Source: an uncultured Acidobacteriota bacterium
GTDB taxonomy: Bacteria > Acidobacteriota > UBA6911 > RPQK01 > JAPXNP01
Reading direction: 5' to 3'
NCBI GenBank assembly: GCA_963777605.1
Contig: CAVZRV010000010.1
Location: forward strand, 384,001 to 448,000
DNA: 64,000 nucleotides
The position numbers and the translations under genes were made by a program. The notes below the pieces were generated by a model. That model did not search any database. It was given only the letters and a program-made list of their open reading frames with translations, and had not been told where the DNA came from. Each line of letters opens with the position of its first letter. Position 1 is the first letter of the stretch. Below are positions 1 through 12,237 of this stretch, piece by piece.

Positions 1-153
1 TACGGCATCCAGGGAGAGGGACCCGGACGAGATCGTCGGAACGTTGATCTCCCGGTCCCCGCCGAGTTTCATGATCGAACCCTTACCGAATTGCCGCTCT
101 ATCTGGGAAAGCGCCAGCTCGATCGCCCGCTTTCTCTTGTCTGCTTCAGCCAT
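1..153 (-). CDS. recA: Recombinase A, N-terminal part (runs off window start)
   Basis: Manual translation from ATG at 153: [51 protein letters not shown], the classic RecA N-terminus; AAGGA RBS upstream. Confidence 0.97.
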   Translation of the reverse strand, partial: MAEADKRKRAIELALSQIERQFGKGSIMKLGGDREINVPTISSGSLSLDAV

Positions 154-225
154 TTCGAAATCCTTTCCTTTTAAGTATTTCAGTATATCGAACTGCCCTG
201 AAAACACTTCTTCGTATTAACTAAC

Positions 226-240
226 GAACGAGCTGCGAAC
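226..240 (-). promoter_or_regulatory. LexA (SOS) box, GTTC-N7-GTTC type
   Basis: GAACgagctgcGAAC on + equals GTTC-N7-GTTC on -, about 75 bp upstream of recA; matches the alphaproteobacterial/Acidobacterium LexA motif. Confidence 0.75.
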
Positions 241-497
241 ATTGACGGATCTCCCGGTCCGGCGGCAGTCGATCGAGTGGGCAGCGAGTTTCAGGTTCCG
301 CGGCAACAGCCCCCCGCGCAGCGGAGACCACTCAAAGCGTGAAATTTGGTCCGAAGTGCCCAGGGCCGCGGCTTCACCTCACCCCCGGGTTCTGCGTGCA
401 GCACCATCCTCTTGACCTCACCCTCTCCGGAGTTTGAACAGAGCACCAAAATACAATCCGTCGAGGTTCTCCAATTCATCCAGAACGAAGCTTCGCG

Positions 498-2684
498 TCA
501 GGCGGAACTGATGCGTCTCCGACTGGCCTGGGATACCGCGCGGTCGACCTCCCGGACGCCTGATATTTTCTTGATGTGGCTCAGGATTCTTTGCAGGTGC
601 TCGGTGTCCGCCACTTCCACCGTCATCTCGACCAGCCCCTCACCACCGTCAAGAAGGCGGGCTCGAGCGTCGATAATGTTCGCGTTGATCCCCGAAACGG
701 CCGAAGTGATATCGGCAAGGATCCCTTTCCGGTCAATCGTGCTGATGGAGAGCCGCACCGGGTAACGGGCTCCCTCTCCGTCGTCGGTCCATTTCACCTC
801 GACTTGCCGTTCCGGGTTAAGCAGCAGATTCTGCAGATTGGGACAATCCGCCGAGTGGACCGAGATCCCACGACCCACCGTGATGTAGCCCACGACCGGC
901 TCTCCTTTGATCGGGTTGCAGCACCGGGCCCGGTAAACCAGCAGGTCGTCGTGCCCCTTTACCTGGATGGGCGAGTCTTTTCTCCGGAAAACCCGACGTA
1001 CGACTGACCCGATTACCGACGGGGCCTTTCCTTCCGCAGCCTCCGTTTCAGCCAGTTCCGGAACGAGCCGCGACAGCACTTGCCTGGCCGAGACCTTCCC
1101 CAACCCCACGTGGGCGATCACCTCTTCTCCACGAAGCAGGCCCAGCTGCGGAGCCAGTTCGTCGAGCTTTCCCTCAAACTTTTTGAAGCTCCGCTTGTAC
1201 TTCCGGAATTCCTTCTCGAGCAGCTTCCGGCCCAGTTCAGTCGATTCGTCTTTCTGACGCTGGTTCAGCCACCGTCGAATCGCCCCTCTCGCCCGCTGGG
1301 TCCGAACGATACCCAGCCAGTCCCGGCTCGGTCGCGCATCCGAAGAAGTCAGGATTTCAACAATCTCCCCGGTATTGAGCCGGTACTTGAGCGGAACGAT
1401 CCGCTGATTCACTTTCGCCCCGACACACTTGTGCCCAATCTCGGTGTGAACGTAGTAGGCAAAATCGAGGGCGGTCGCTCCCCTCGGCAGAGTCATTACC
1501 TCGCCCTTCGGCGTGAAGATGTACACTTCGTCGGGATAAAGGTCGATCTTCAGATTACTCAGGAACTGGTGGGGGTCTCGGACTTCCCTCTGCCACTCAA
1601 GCAGGTGACGCAGCCAGAGAAACCGCTTGTCGTCCTGGCCTTCCTGCAGCTTCCCTTCCTTGTACTTCCAGTGTGCCGCGATTCCTTCTTCCGCGACATT
1701 GTGCATCTCGTGCGTCCGAATCTGCACTTCAAACGGCTGGCCGACTTCACCCACTACGGTCGTGTGCAACGACTGGTACATGTTGTTCCGCGGCATTGCG
1801 ATGAAGTCCTTGATCCTCCCCGGAACCGGATTCCAGAGATTGTTTACGATCCCGAGTACCGTGTAGCAGTCACGAACCGAGTCCACCAGAACCCGAATCG
1901 CGATGAAGTCGTAAACCTGGTTCAAGCCGATCCGCTGCCGCCGCATCTTCTGGTAAATACTGTAGAGACGCTTGATTCGATCCTGAAGCTTCGCCTCGAT
2001 CCCCTGCTCTTTCAGGACCTCGTAAAGATGAGCCTTCACCTGCTGGACGAATTCCTCCGAAGCCGCCTTCTTAGCCGCCACTTCGTCCACCAACTTGTCA
2101 TGCGCCTCGGGGTCGAGGTAGCTGAACGCCAGGTCTTCGAGTTCTCCCCGAATACGAGCCATCCCAAGACGCAGGGCAATAGGGGCGTAAATATCGAGGG
2201 TTTCCTGGGCGATTCGCTTCTGCTTCTCAGGGGCAAGGTGCTGTAGCGTCCGCATGTTGTGCAGGCGGTCGGCCAGCTTCACCAGGATCACCCGGATGTC
2301 ATCGACCATCGCCAGCAACAATTTGCGGAAATTCTCCGCCTGCTGCTCTTCACGAGAGGAGAAACGAATCTTCCCTATCTTCGTCACGCCGTCGACCAGA
2401 TGCGCGATATCGCCGCCGAAGTACTCCCGGATGGTCTGAATGTTGGTGAAGGTGTCTTCCACCACGTCGTGCAGGAGGCCAACACTGACGCAGGCAACGT
2501 CCAGGCGCAGTTCCGCCAGGATGTTGGCAACCTCCAGCGGATGCGTCAGGTAGGGTTCGCCCGACTGTCTGACCTGGCCCTTGTGCTCACGGGCCGAAAA
2601 GATGTACGCCTTGCGGAGGAGGCTCAGATCAGCGTTCGGCTGATACTGAATGACCTTCTCCTCGAGATCTTCATAACGGATCAT
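498..2684 (-). CDS. rel: Bifunctional (p)ppGpp synthetase/hydrolase Rel/SpoT
   Basis: HD motif LLHDVVED, KLADRLHNMRTL, YQSLHTTV, EVQIRT, TGS and ACT domains. Confidence 0.97.
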   Translation of the reverse strand: MIRYEDLEEKVIQYQPNADLSLLRKAYIFSAREHKGQVRQSGEPYLTHPLEVANILAELRLDVACVSVGLLHDVVEDTFTNIQTIREYFGGDIAHLVDGVTKIGKIRFSSREEQQAENFRKLLLAMVDDIRVILVKLADRLHNMRTLQHLAPEKQKRIAQETLDIYAPIALRLGMARIRGELEDLAFSYLDPEAHDKLVDEVAAKKAASEEFVQQVKAHLYEVLKEQGIEAKLQDRIKRLYSIYQKMRRQRIGLNQVYDFIAIRVLVDSVRDCYTVLGIVNNLWNPVPGRIKDFIAMPRNNMYQSLHTTVVGEVGQPFEVQIRTHEMHNVAEEGIAAHWKYKEGKLQEGQDDKRFLWLRHLLEWQREVRDPHQFLSNLKIDLYPDEVYIFTPKGEVMTLPRGATALDFAYYVHTEIGHKCVGAKVNQRIVPLKYRLNTGEIVEILTSSDARPSRDWLGIVRTQRARGAIRRWLNQRQKDESTELGRKLLEKEFRKYKRSFKKFEGKLDELAPQLGLLRGEEVIAHVGLGKVSARQVLSRLVPELAETEAAEGKAPSVIGSVVRRVFRRKDSPIQVKGHDDLLVYRARCCNPIKGEPVVGYITVGRGISVHSADCPNLQNLLLNPERQVEVKWTDDGEGARYPVRLSISTIDRKGILADITSAVSGINANIIDARARLLDGGEGLVEMTVEVADTEHLQRILSHIKKISGVREVDRAVSQASRRRISSA

Positions 2685-2817
2685 TGCTGAATGACTTGCA
2701 GTTCCCCTGCCTCAAAAATTCTACCAAATGGCACGCCCTCCCGCGCCGCTGTCCGAACCAGCCCGGTCACAAGCCCGAACATCCCTGCGACTGAGCGACC
2801 AGGACAGATCTCGCCAA

Positions 2818-2853
2818 CAAAAAAAGGAAGGCGGCACAAGACCGCCTTCCTTT
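2818..2853 (-). terminator. Intrinsic terminator after TPR gene
   Basis: On -: GGAAGGCGG-tcttgtg-CCGCCTTCC followed by a T run. Confidence 0.8.
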
Positions 2854-2884
2854 CGCGAAACACAGATGACCGATTCCCGGCCGA

Positions 2885-3715
2885 CTATTGGCCCTCACTT
2901 TCGGACGCAGCCTTTTCGGACGCAGATTTCAAGAACTGACGTCTTTCCTGCTCGGCCCTGCGCTGCAATTCGCGCTTCTTCTCCAGAGCACCAAGGGCCA
3001 GTCTATCGGCCTCGCGCTCCCATTCTTTCTTCTCTTCTTCGTTCTCAGCCAGCTCGGCCCGCTCGCGATACATGAGGTTCAGGTACTCCATTGCATCGGT
3101 GTAGTCGGGATTCATTTCCAGCGCCTGTTTCAAGGACTGGATGCCCTCGTCCAAAAGCTGACTCAGAGAAGCTTTCTCCTCTTCCGTCAGGTTCGGGACG
3201 TTCTCGCCGTCCGTGCCGGTCTTATCATCGACCAGGTTGTAGTCGATCGTCGCGATCCCGTAAAGGGCCTGCGACTTGTCTTCCTGCATGCTTTGCAGTT
3301 TGCGATACCACTCCTTCGCCTGGTCCGGATTGTCCATGTTCCGGTAAATGTCGGCGATGTTGGCCATTGCGTTGACAGCCCTCTGCTGCGCATTGTCCGG
3401 GTCGAGTTCGATAACCTTCTCGAACGTGGTCACCGCCTCCTGCCCTTTGCGCAGGTTGTCCGGCGTGGTCACCATTGGGACAAATTCCGCCCGATAGGTC
3501 GTCGCCAGATACAGATAAGCGTCAATCAGAGTGGGGTCCTGCTCGATCGCCGCCTTGAACTCCTCCGTCGCAGCGTCGTAGTTCTTGGCAGAATAGGCCT
3601 TAACACCTTTATTTAAGTGATCCCGGGCTTTCAACTTCCCGACAAACTGACAGCCTGCCCCGCCAAACGTCAGCAGGAGCGTCCCCAGAACAATCAGCAA
3701 TTTCCTAGAATTCAT
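2885..3715 (-). CDS. TPR lipoprotein associated with TonB/ExbBD operon
   Basis: Start MNSRKLL at 3715 with GGAGG RBS; lipobox-like GGAGC; several TPR repeats. Confidence 0.85.
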   Translation of the reverse strand: MNSRKLLIVLGTLLLTFGGAGCQFVGKLKARDHLNKGVKAYSAKNYDAATEEFKAAIEQDPTLIDAYLYLATTYRAEFVPMVTTPDNLRKGQEAVTTFEKVIELDPDNAQQRAVNAMANIADIYRNMDNPDQAKEWYRKLQSMQEDKSQALYGIATIDYNLVDDKTGTDGENVPNLTEEEKASLSQLLDEGIQSLKQALEMNPDYTDAMEYLNLMYRERAELAENEEEKKEWEREADRLALGALEKKRELQRRAEQERRQFLKSASEKAASESEGQ

Positions 3716-3801
3716 GGATAAACCTCCATGCTCAACGCGGTCCCCTCCTTGAGTCGGCGAAGAGGCCGCGAAAATACGCGGCCTCAGGCGACCGCCGATT
3801 C

Positions 3802-4215
3802 TCACTCGATCATGAGCCCAACATCGCCAACTCCCGATCCCTTCGCAACATCGATCACGCGAATCACGTCACCAAACGGGAGATCTTCGTCGGCCTGGAC
3901 AAACATGTTCTTGTTCGCCCGCGCGCTGTAGATTTCAAACAACCGTGCGCCCAGACGATCCAGAGTGACCGGTTCCTGATTGATCGTCAACGATCCATTC
4001 GAGGCAATGCTGACCACAATGGCATCCGACTTAATGATGACGTCCTGCGGCATATCCTCGGGCATATCCTCGGGGACACGGGCCCGAAGGTCGTACTGGG
4101 TCGTCGGCTGAATGACCATAAAGATGATCAGGAGAACCAGGAGGATATCGATGTAAGGCGTAATGTTGATGTCAGACTTCGGCGCGGAGCCCGAACTCTT
4201 TGCTCCCATACCCAT
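3802..4215 (-). CDS. exbD: Biopolymer transporter ExbD/TolR
   Basis: INITPYIDILLVLLIIFMV motif. Confidence 0.93.
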   Translation of the reverse strand: MGMGAKSSGSAPKSDINITPYIDILLVLLIIFMVIQPTTQYDLRARVPEDMPEDMPQDVIIKSDAIVVSIASNGSLTINQEPVTLDRLGARLFEIYSARANKNMFVQADEDLPFGDVIRVIDVAKGSGVGDVGLMIE

Positions 4216-4658
4216 TACCGACTCCCCCCTTCTTCTCGTTCACGATCGACCAAAAGGCCGACCCTCTCCACTCCAACCTCGCGCGCGACATCCACGGCCT
4301 TTACAACAGAGCCGTAAGGGCTTGCCACATCGACACGAACAAACAACGGCCTGTCCGGCGCCTTCGCGTAGGCTTCCGAAATCTTGTCCAGCAGCATGGC
4401 CTCTCCAACCAGCTGCTTGTTGACATAGAACTCACTGGAGCGGGTAATGGTCACGATGGTCGAATCTTCAGCCTCCGCCTCAGCGGCTTCCTGGGCGTTC
4501 TTGGCCTGAGCCATATTGACCGCCACGCCCTGCTGGATCAGCGGTGTGGTGATCATGAAGATAATCAGGAGGACCAACATAACGTCCGCCATCGGCGTCA
4601 CGTTAATGTCGGAATTCATTCCAGTTACACTGGAGCCTCCTCCACCGCTAATTGCCAT
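4215..4658 (-). CDS. exbD: Biopolymer transporter ExbD/TolR (second copy)
   Basis: INVTPMADVMLVLLIIFMI motif. Confidence 0.93.
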   Translation of the reverse strand: MAISGGGGSSVTGMNSDINVTPMADVMLVLLIIFMITTPLIQQGVAVNMAQAKNAQEAAEAEAEDSTIVTITRSSEFYVNKQLVGEAMLLDKISEAYAKAPDRPLFVRVDVASPYGSVVKAVDVAREVGVERVGLLVDREREEGGSR

Positions 4659-5325
4659 GTTTCTCTGACCTCCGTCTCAGGAAGTAGTCCACCAGTTCGG
4701 ATCCGGAATTGTCCATCTCAACGATGAACGACTCAATCTTACCGGTGAAATAGTTGTACATCCAGACAGCCGGGATTGCCACGAACAAACCGATTGCCGT
4801 AGCGACGAGAGCTTCTGAAATACCGCCTGCGACAGCCGCCAGACCGGTATCTTCACCAGCACTCATACCGGCGAACGCGTTAATAACACCGACGGTCGTC
4901 CCAAACAATCCAACGAAGGGAGCGGTTGACCCGATCGTTGCCAGGCCACCAAGACCCCGCTTAAAGTCTTCGATACCAATCGCCATGGCGCGCTGAATGG
5001 CGCGGCGCGAGGCCTCGATCGTCTCGCCGGGAATCGCATCCGGCCCCTTGTGAGCCCGGAATTCCTGCAGGCCGGCGTGAACCACCTTGGCCAAGTGACT
5101 CCGGTCATACTGCTCAGCCAGCTCGACAGCTTCTTCCAGATTGCCCTTCCCCAGAGCTTCTGCCACGGCAGGAGCGAACTCCTGCGACTGTTTTCGGGCT
5201 TTGCGGTATGAAAAGAACCTTTCAATCATCACACTGATTGACCAGATAGACATAATCCCCAGGATTATGACTACCACCTTTGCAAGGATGCCCATCTGCG
5301 CCCACATTTCGATGAAAGAACCCAT
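4648..5325 (-). CDS. exbB: MotA/TolQ/ExbB proton channel
   Basis: LATIGSTAPFVGLFGT and GGISEALVATAIGL motifs. Confidence 0.95.
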   Translation of the reverse strand: MGSFIEMWAQMGILAKVVVIILGIMSIWSISVMIERFFSYRKARKQSQEFAPAVAEALGKGNLEEAVELAEQYDRSHLAKVVHAGLQEFRAHKGPDAIPGETIEASRRAIQRAMAIGIEDFKRGLGGLATIGSTAPFVGLFGTTVGVINAFAGMSAGEDTGLAAVAGGISEALVATAIGLFVAIPAVWMYNYFTGKIESFIVEMDNSGSELVDYFLRRRSEKHGN

Positions 5326-5385
5326 AAGTTACCTCCCACTCAAGTAAGTGTTTCGCGAGTCACTATCTCGACAGTCTTTGATTAT

Positions 5386-6135
<750 letters not shown>

Positions 6136-6195
6136 TTAGGCACTCCCTTTCATCATGAAATTACACCCACTCCTTCTGTGCTAGCGCACTCGGGG

Positions 6196-6224
6196 ATATT
6201 ACTATCGGCTCCCCACTCAGTCAA
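6196..6224 (-). promoter_or_regulatory. Sigma70-type promoter of tonB operon
   Basis: TTGACT-17 bp-TAATAT on - strand. Confidence 0.7.
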
Positions 6225-6290
6225 GACTTCGTTTAACCTCAAAATCAACAGTTAACACGATTGTTTCCAACGTTTTGCAGTCAAAACTGA

Positions 6291-7463
6291 CTACCTCTTA
6301 CTCTTTTCGCGGTAATTCTGCCACCAGAGAACGATCGGGCTGGCAATAGCCACGGAGGAGTAAGTGCCGACGATAATACCGACCACCAGCGCAAAGGAGA
6401 AGCCGCTCAAGGCCTCTCCGCCCAGCATGAAGAGGGCAAAAACTGCCAGAAACGTCATTCCGGACGTCATGATCGTCCGATTCAACGTCTGGTTGATGCT
6501 CGCGTTGAAGACCGTCATCGGGTCGCTGCGACGCATCAGCTTCAGGTTTTCCCGCACTCGATCGAACACGACAATTGTGTCATTAATGGAATAGCCAACC
6601 AACGTCAGGAGCGCGGCAATCACGGTAAGGGAGATCTCTCTCCCGGTCAGGGAGAAGAAGCCTACCGTCAGAAACACGTCGTGAAACAGCGCGACGATGG
6701 CCGCTACGCCGTAAATTGGCCGAAACCGGAAAGCGATGTAAACCAGCATCCCCAGGAGGGAGAACAGCACGGCGTTCTGAGCACGGTCCCGAAGTTCCCG
6801 TCCCACCTTTGGACCGACACTTTCAACGCTCAGCACGGTGAAGGAACCGAGGTAGAAGTCCTCCTTGAGCTGCGTCAGAACGGCAGGTGGAAGATCGAGC
6901 TGGTCCAGCTCGCTGAAATCCTTGATGAGCCCGCTCTGACTGGCTCGAAACTGGGAGATTTTCCTGGCCAGCTCGCGAGTGTGATTCGCAAACTCGTCGA
7001 TCGACATCGTTTGTTGGAGCTTTTCCGGGTCTTTCTCCTGTAACCAGTTCGTCAGATCACTGACCGAGGAGTCGTTCAGGTCGAGCTTTCCGGCAGGCTG
7101 GTCGCTGTCAAACACTGCCTTGAGCGCCGCGGTAACCCGGTCGCCCTGCTCTCCCAGATTCTGGTTTTCCTCACTGTCCACCCGGGCCAACCGGATCTGG
7201 AGCTCGTTGGCTTCCGGCTCATCGAACCGCGTGACCTCCTGAGCGCCCAATTTCGCGTTGTCCAGGGTCGAACGGACCTTCTCCAGATCTGGAGTTTGCC
7301 GGAATTTGATGTAAACGAGGGTTCCTCCCGTAAAGTCGACGCCCAGATTAAACCCGAACGCGACCAACGAAAGTGTGGCCACGACACCGAGAACCAGCGA
7401 GACTCCGATGAAATACCACTTCTTCCCCAGCCAATCAATTTTGGGATTGCTGACTATGTCCAT
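6291..7463 (-). CDS. secF: Protein translocase subunit SecF
   Basis: GVDFTGG, VGPKVG, GYSINDTIVVFDRVRE motifs. Confidence 0.97.
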   Translation of the reverse strand: MDIVSNPKIDWLGKKWYFIGVSLVLGVVATLSLVAFGFNLGVDFTGGTLVYIKFRQTPDLEKVRSTLDNAKLGAQEVTRFDEPEANELQIRLARVDSEENQNLGEQGDRVTAALKAVFDSDQPAGKLDLNDSSVSDLTNWLQEKDPEKLQQTMSIDEFANHTRELARKISQFRASQSGLIKDFSELDQLDLPPAVLTQLKEDFYLGSFTVLSVESVGPKVGRELRDRAQNAVLFSLLGMLVYIAFRFRPIYGVAAIVALFHDVFLTVGFFSLTGREISLTVIAALLTLVGYSINDTIVVFDRVRENLKLMRRSDPMTVFNASINQTLNRTIMTSGMTFLAVFALFMLGGEALSGFSFALVVGIIVGTYSSVAIASPIVLWWQNYREKSKR

Positions 7464-7523
7464 GAGATCTTGTCGCCTCGATCGTCGCTAATTTAGAAAC
7501 CCAAGGGATTGCTTTGTTCCCAA

Positions 7524-9107
7524 CTAGATGGATAGCTGCTGAACATCCCGATTCTGGAGCAAGAGATTGTAAAGCGTCCGGGATACGAACGTCGCCGTGA
7601 AAATATTGGCCAGCAGACCAACCGCCAGGGTCACCGCAAACCCCCGCACCGGCCCGGTACCGAACTGGAATAGAAAGAGCGCCGCTACGAGCGTGGTAAT
7701 GTTGGTATCCAAAATCGTCGAGAACACCCGCCCAAAGCCGGCGTCCACCGCCGCCCTCACCGTCTTGCCGTTACGCAACTCTTCCTTGATGCGCTCAAAT
7801 ATCAGGATGTTGGCGTCCACCGCCATACCAATCGTCAGGATGACACCGGCGATGCCGGGCAGCGTTAACGTGGCCCTGAAGTAGGCCAGCGCCCCCATCA
7901 GGATGAGCAGGTTGAGAGCGAGACAAACGATTGCGTTGATGCCCGACAATCGGTAGAAGACCAGCATGCCGATCACGACCAGGATCAACCCCAACAGCGA
8001 GGCATAAACTCCCCGCACGATGGAATCATGCCCCAGCGACGGGCCCACACTTCGCTCCTCAAGAATCCGAATATCGGCGGGCAGGGCACCCGACCTGAGC
8101 ACGAGAGCCAGGTCCTCGGCCTCTTCCGGAGTGAAGCTGCCCGTAATTCGGGCCGACTCACTGTCGATGCGCTCGTTGATGTTCGGAGCCGACCGAACGA
8201 CACCATCCAGCACGATGGCCAACTGGTTGCCCACGTTCTGGGCTGTCGTGTCGCTGAACTGCTGAACACCCTGCGAATTCAGGAAGAAGGAAACCTCTGC
8301 CTTTCCAGTGTACGGATCCTGGGACCGCCGGGCATTCTTCAACTGCTGCCCGGTGATGGCTGCGGCTTTCTTGACGACAAGGTACTGCGTCTGCCCGCCC
8401 GTCAACTGCCGATCCTGGTACGGAAGAATCTCGTACTCATCCGGAAGCTGGTTGTTGAACGCCGCCATGGCCGCGTCCCGGGTCGGGAACGGGCCCCGTT
8501 TGGCCGGATCGGGATAGGTCACCTTCAATTCAAGCCGGGCCGTGCTCTGGATCAACTCCTTGATACGCTCAAAATCCTCGACGCCCGGCAACTCGACGAT
8601 GATCTGGTCCTGGATGTCACCACTGCCGTAAACCGTGATCGTCGGCTCGGCAACACCGTACTGGTCGATTCGACGGGCGATGATTTCCCGTGCCTGGCGG
8701 ACTGACTGCTGCGCCAACTGCTTCCGATACGCGGTACTCATCTGGACCGAGTAGTCGGTCTTCCCTTCCCGCGTCTGGGTGGTGTAAGTCCAGGTCGGCT
8801 GATAGCCATCCAGGTACTCGTCGGCGGCCAACCTTGACTCCTGGGGGACACCCAGGACCTCAACTTTGCCGTCCGCAACCTTGATCTGATCAAAGGTTAC
8901 GTTGCGCTCCCGAAGGTCACGGTCCCAGCGCTCGCGGGCCTGATTGACTTCTTCGTTCAGAGCGTCCTCGGTCTCCACCTGGAGAACCATGTGAATTCCG
9001 CCCTGGAGGTCCAATCCCAGGTTGATCTTGTCCTTGTAAAGGAAGAAACCTGAAATCGCCGCAACCAGGGTAATAATCAGGACTCTGTATTGAAGCTTTC
9101 TCTTCAT
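7524..9107 (-). CDS. secD: Protein translocase subunit SecD
   Basis: LGLDLQGG, LRSGALP, GMAVDANILIFERIKEE motifs. Confidence 0.97.
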   Translation of the reverse strand: MKRKLQYRVLIITLVAAISGFFLYKDKINLGLDLQGGIHMVLQVETEDALNEEVNQARERWDRDLRERNVTFDQIKVADGKVEVLGVPQESRLAADEYLDGYQPTWTYTTQTREGKTDYSVQMSTAYRKQLAQQSVRQAREIIARRIDQYGVAEPTITVYGSGDIQDQIIVELPGVEDFERIKELIQSTARLELKVTYPDPAKRGPFPTRDAAMAAFNNQLPDEYEILPYQDRQLTGGQTQYLVVKKAAAITGQQLKNARRSQDPYTGKAEVSFFLNSQGVQQFSDTTAQNVGNQLAIVLDGVVRSAPNINERIDSESARITGSFTPEEAEDLALVLRSGALPADIRILEERSVGPSLGHDSIVRGVYASLLGLILVVIGMLVFYRLSGINAIVCLALNLLILMGALAYFRATLTLPGIAGVILTIGMAVDANILIFERIKEELRNGKTVRAAVDAGFGRVFSTILDTNITTLVAALFLFQFGTGPVRGFAVTLAVGLLANIFTATFVSRTLYNLLLQNRDVQQLSI

Positions 9108-9148
9108 GATTGCCTGGCTGAATGACTGCTAATGGGAGCAGGACTCTG

Positions 9149-9472
9149 CTAGTTGCCCGCCTGGTCCTGAGACGGTGCCTGCAGAGAAGCAACCGCCGAC
9201 TTCGCAACTTCGATCTTCACCTGATCGGCCACCTTAAGGAACACCGTATTCTCGCGGAGGCCAGCGATGGTCCCATATACCCCCCCGTTGGTGATGACCT
9301 TGTCACCGTTCTTGAGTGCGGTGATCATTGTCTCGTGGCTCTTCTGCCGACGACGCATCGGTCGATAGATCAAAAGGTAGAAAATTCCGATTATCAGAAT
9401 AATGGGCAGGAAACTCGTCAACATGTTCGGAGCCGGCCCACTCTGTTGTGCTAAAAGAAAACCCATCGCCAT
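9149..9472 (-). CDS. yajC: Preprotein translocase subunit YajC (start uncertain: 9466/9472/9484)
   Basis: FYLLIYRP...LKNGDKVITNGGVYG; tgt-yajC-secD-secF synteny. Confidence 0.93.
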   Translation of the reverse strand: MAMGFLLAQQSGPAPNMLTSFLPIILIIGIFYLLIYRPMRRRQKSHETMITALKNGDKVITNGGVYGTIAGLRENTVFLKVADQVKIEVAKSAVASLQAPSQDQAGN

Positions 9473-9543
9473 TTTCGTCTGCATCCCCTGAAAAAGGAAA
9501 GGTGGAGTATAGCGCAAATTCCGATTCGGTCAAATATCCACCT

Positions 9544-10680
<1,137 letters not shown>

Positions 10681-11652
10681 TCACAGGTCGATGCGAAACA
10701 GCCGCGAGCCGTCCACGAGGTAGAGAATCTTCCCGGACAGATCGAACGCCAGACCTACCAGCATCGGAGAAGTCACCACCAGGTCGGGAACCTGTCCTTC
10801 GACCAGCCTGAACATCCCCTTGCGTCCCCGGTAGGAGCCGACGACGTGCAGAATTCCGCGACTGTCGAATGCCGTTCCCTGGGGACGGCCAAAACCCTTG
10901 AACAGTTCCTCGATCGTTCCATCCGGCCTGACCCGGTAGATACAGTCCTGGCTCGCAAGGGTTGGCCCCGTTACGTAAAGGTTGTCGAAGGGATCCATCG
11001 AGAGGTGGTAGGCCGAAACACTGGGTTCGAGTTCGCAGAACGTTGAGAGTTCGCCGGCCCGGTTCACCCGGTAGATGGTTCCGCTGCGATCGCCCACGAG
11101 CAGATTCTGCAAAGAATCGAAGGCGATCCCGGTCGCGATTCCGAGTCCTTCTACGAACTTCTCAACCTGCTTGTCCATCGTTGAGCGGTAAACCGCCCCG
11201 GAATGCCGGCTCGAGATATACAGTAGCCCGTCCGGGCCGATGGCGAGTCCTGTAGGATTGGTGATGTCGCCCAGGAAAGGCTCCTTGACGCCGTCGGCTG
11301 AGACCACGAACACCCCAAATGGGACACTCTCACCTCGAGATCCGCTGTAGGTTACGAAGATGTTCCCCTGCGGGTCCACCACAGGGTTGGCGACCGGGTG
11401 CAGTTCGTCGGCAAGAACCCGTCCGATCTTCAAGTCGACCGAGGCTGCTTTGCCTCCCGCGTGAACCTCCAGGGTTCCCTCCTCGGTCTCCGGAACCCGC
11501 ACAGTGATCCGCTGGGAAGCCGCACTCATCACTTCGGCCTCCTCGTCACCGATGATTACCGCGAGCGTGTCCAGATCGGGGAGGTCCTCAATTTCAAGTC
11601 TGACCGTTCCACCGGGAAGCGCAATACCCGGCCGGCAGCTGGATATCTTCAT
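10681..11652 (-). CDS. IPT/TIG plus NHL/SMP-30-like beta-propeller protein
   Basis: N-terminal Ig-like IPT segment, repeated PxGLAxxxDG blades. Confidence 0.7.
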   Translation of the reverse strand: MKISSCRPGIALPGGTVRLEIEDLPDLDTLAVIIGDEEAEVMSAASQRITVRVPETEEGTLEVHAGGKAASVDLKIGRVLADELHPVANPVVDPQGNIFVTYSGSRGESVPFGVFVVSADGVKEPFLGDITNPTGLAIGPDGLLYISSRHSGAVYRSTMDKQVEKFVEGLGIATGIAFDSLQNLLVGDRSGTIYRVNRAGELSTFCELEPSVSAYHLSMDPFDNLYVTGPTLASQDCIYRVRPDGTIEELFKGFGRPQGTAFDSRGILHVVGSYRGRKGMFRLVEGQVPDLVVTSPMLVGLAFDLSGKILYLVDGSRLFRIDL

Positions 11653-11687
11653 GGTGCAAGACTATAGCACGCCCCTGCGTCCAGCGA

Positions 11688-11757
11688 TTGGGGCCTTGGG
11701 GAATTGGAAGGGTTGGAGGGACTGGGGAGATTGGAAGGACTGGAGGAAGGCTGGTGG
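11688..11757. repeat. Degenerate 9-bp tandem repeat, purine-rich on +
   Basis: TGG recurring about every 9 nt: ttggaaggg ttggagggg actggggag attggaagg actggagga. Confidence 0.6.
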
Positions 11758-11855
11758 AAGGGAGCCGGGGGAGTGTGTGACCGGACGTTTTCGGCTGGAG
11801 AACCCGAACATCTCACCTGGTGTTGAGGCTTTGATTTAAACCCCTCCCGCCGGCC

Positions 11856-11884
11856 TTGAACGTCCGAAGGGTTTTCCGTATACT
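11856..11884 (+). promoter_or_regulatory. Sigma70-type promoter of tRNA-Asn
   Basis: TTGAAC-17 bp-TATACT. Confidence 0.75.
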
Positions 11885-11905
11885 TTGGCTTCGCCAAATG
11901 AGTGC

Positions 11906-12175
<270 letters not shown>

Positions 12176-12237
12176 GCCCTGGCGCCGCTTCCCCCTCCGA
12201 ATCCGCACTTTCCCTGGCCCGAACGTTATTAAAAGGT

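Noticed and set aside
290-480. 6S, SRP or tmRNA gene between rel and recA
   Set aside because: No diagnostic motifs recognised
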